Shown here in pieces: positions 62,659 to 64,000 of a stretch of 64,000 nt of DNA. A program made the translations under genes and the position numbers. Where the stretch lies: the sequence record PZ583738.1; one strand, given 5' to 3'. This stretch comes from a phage. Within the stretch, counting starts at the first letter, position 1, and each line of letters starts with the position of its first letter. The notes below the pieces were generated by a model that saw only the letters and a program-made list of their open reading frames with translations, was not told the origin of the DNA and did not search any database.

Positions 62659-64000
62659 ATAGTGTAATTGGTTCAAGGTCAATCTTTGTATATTGCGGAC
62701 GAAGGTCATTCTCAAATACAATCAGTGAACCATCTTGCGTGTATATATTATCTTGGTTAGGACTTGCATAAAGTTCGATTGATTGAACTTCAAAGCGGTC
62801 GGAGGTCAATCCAATCGCAGCGATATCCCAAAAAATATAATCAGAGTAATAGTCAATTTCGCCAATTGTGTAATAAACTGTTTGGTCAGCCGGAGCTTCC
62901 ATTTTATTAAAGTCATCTTGCAGGTAAGGCTGGATGTTTACATTTTCAATAACATCACCCGGACGGAATGGACCAATTACCATTTTACCATCACCACGAG
63001 AATCTTTATCAGTTGCAACAATGCGAACGTTATAGGCTTCACCTGTGGTCGGAACAAATTCAAATTCACTTGATTCGACTGAACGGTTGCCATACTGGTT
63101 ATAGTATTTAATGCCGGATTCTGGAGTCTTAAAGAAGTTCAGGACTTCACGCACCATCGAAATGGTTGCAGACGAACCAAGAATACTATGGTCGGTATTA
63201 TCCACATATGTAAGCATTTTTGACTTAGCAAAACTTCTGTTAAAGATTTCAACTTCATCGATATAATAACGGTCAATCTGATTAATGATTTGTGCTTGCA
63301 ACCATTGTTCAGATTCTTGTAATTTGTTCAGCGCATAAGATACTTTGATATTATGTTTAAGGAACAAATAATCCGGAGAAATAACCGATGGTGTAATTGT
63401 TGATACGTTGAACTCGCTAAGGTAGTTCTGGATGTCCTCACGTTGCACTGCGGTGAGATACAAGCCCGATTTAGGCTTAACTGATATAAACGCATACCCA
63501 GGTTTATTTGCGTCTGTAAACGTCTGTACGGCTTGCACGATTGAGCCAAATCTTTCGGATACGAAGGTATCATAATCCGTCCCGGTGACAGCACGCATCT
63601 GTGCTTCACGTTTAACAACAGCCAGTTCGCGGATTCGTTCGATATCTTCCGGGTCACCACCACCATCGGCACCGACATAATCAGGGTCGTTGTTGTAGTT
63701 TTCGGTAATTTTATCCACTGTAATATAAGACAAAGTATCAGCATAACTAAAATCAACAGCGCCGTTTGCATCTGCCCCGGAAGTACGAAGATACTCAATA
63801 ACAATTGTTGAATCTTGCACAGGTTTAAGACCGCCAATATAGTTGGCTTCCATAACGCCACCGGCCACAGATTTGGTGGATTCACCTTCACCGAAGAAAA
63901 ATTCGGTATAGCCATCGATTGTTTCACGCATATAAAATATGGTGGAAGTCGAACCAGCATGAACCATTGATTTGTTCGTCCAGTCATCCCACTCAACACC
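62657..64000 (-). CDS. 6: baseplate wedge protein gp6, C-terminal part (5' end beyond window)
   Basis: Frame is open to the window edge; lies immediately upstream of gene 7 as in T4; the 447 codons here are consistent with the C-terminal two thirds of a ~660-aa gp6. Confidence 0.85.
   Translation of the reverse strand, partial: GVEWDDWTNKSMVHAGSTSTIFYMRETIDGYTEFFFGEGESTKSVAGGVMEANYIGGLKPVQDSTIVIEYLRTSGADANGAVDFSYADTLSYITVDKITENYNNDPDYVGADGGGDPEDIERIRELAVVKREAQMRAVTGTDYDTFVSERFGSIVQAVQTFTDANKPGYAFISVKPKSGLYLTAVQREDIQNYLSEFNVSTITPSVISPDYLFLKHNIKVSYALNKLQESEQWLQAQIINQIDRYYIDEVEIFNRSFAKSKMLTYVDNTDHSILGSSATISMVREVLNFFKTPESGIKYYNQYGNRSVESSEFEFVPTTGEAYNVRIVATDKDSRGDGKMVIGPFRPGDVIENVNIQPYLQDDFNKMEAPADQTVYYTIGEIDYYSDYIFWDIAAIGLTSDRFEVQSIELYASPNQDNIYTQDGSLIVFENDLRPQYTKIDLEPITL

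Noticed and set aside
63328-63999. 223-aa minus-strand ORF
   Set aside because: Alternative frame overlapping the gene 6 coding frame, which is open to the window edge and syntenic with T4.

Overview
This window is a contiguous segment of a T4-like (T-even, Tequatrovirus-type) myovirus genome, colinear with phage T4 from frd to gene 6. The plus strand carries the early/middle genes: nucleotide metabolism (frd, td, nrdA, nrdB, cd), host takeover and repair (denA, alc, rnlA, pseT, alt), the spanin pair, gene 31, DNA ligase, and many small ORFs with T4-style early (GTTTAC -35) and middle (MotA-box) promoters. The minus strand carries the late morphogenetic genes (54-48-29-28-27-51, uvsW, 24, 23-22-21-68-67-20-19-18-17-16-15-14-13-wac-12-11-10-9-8-7-6), most preceded by TATAAATA late promoters, with plus-strand islands (26-25-uvsY, inh-hoc-rnlB). 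Assignments rest on my recollection of T4 protein sequences and on synteny; no database search was run. I see no rRNA, tRNA or CRISPR array by eye, and no clearly novel multi-gene system. What departs from the T4 layout is: four freestanding homing-endonuclease-like genes (three HNH, one GIY-YIG/NUMOD-like), one of them splitting uvsW from uvsW.1; intronless td and nrdB; a partial tandem paralog of the alc N-terminus; a promoter-proximal motif repeated at five sites, one of them antisense to gene 18; a roughly 330-bp stretch with no convincing ORF next to a small basic ORF; an apparent TTG start for gene 15; and a 30.3-like protein with NADAR-like motifs. CDS coordinates follow the supplied ORF track; my hand-indexed coordinates for promoters, terminators and small ORFs may be off by 1-2 nt.
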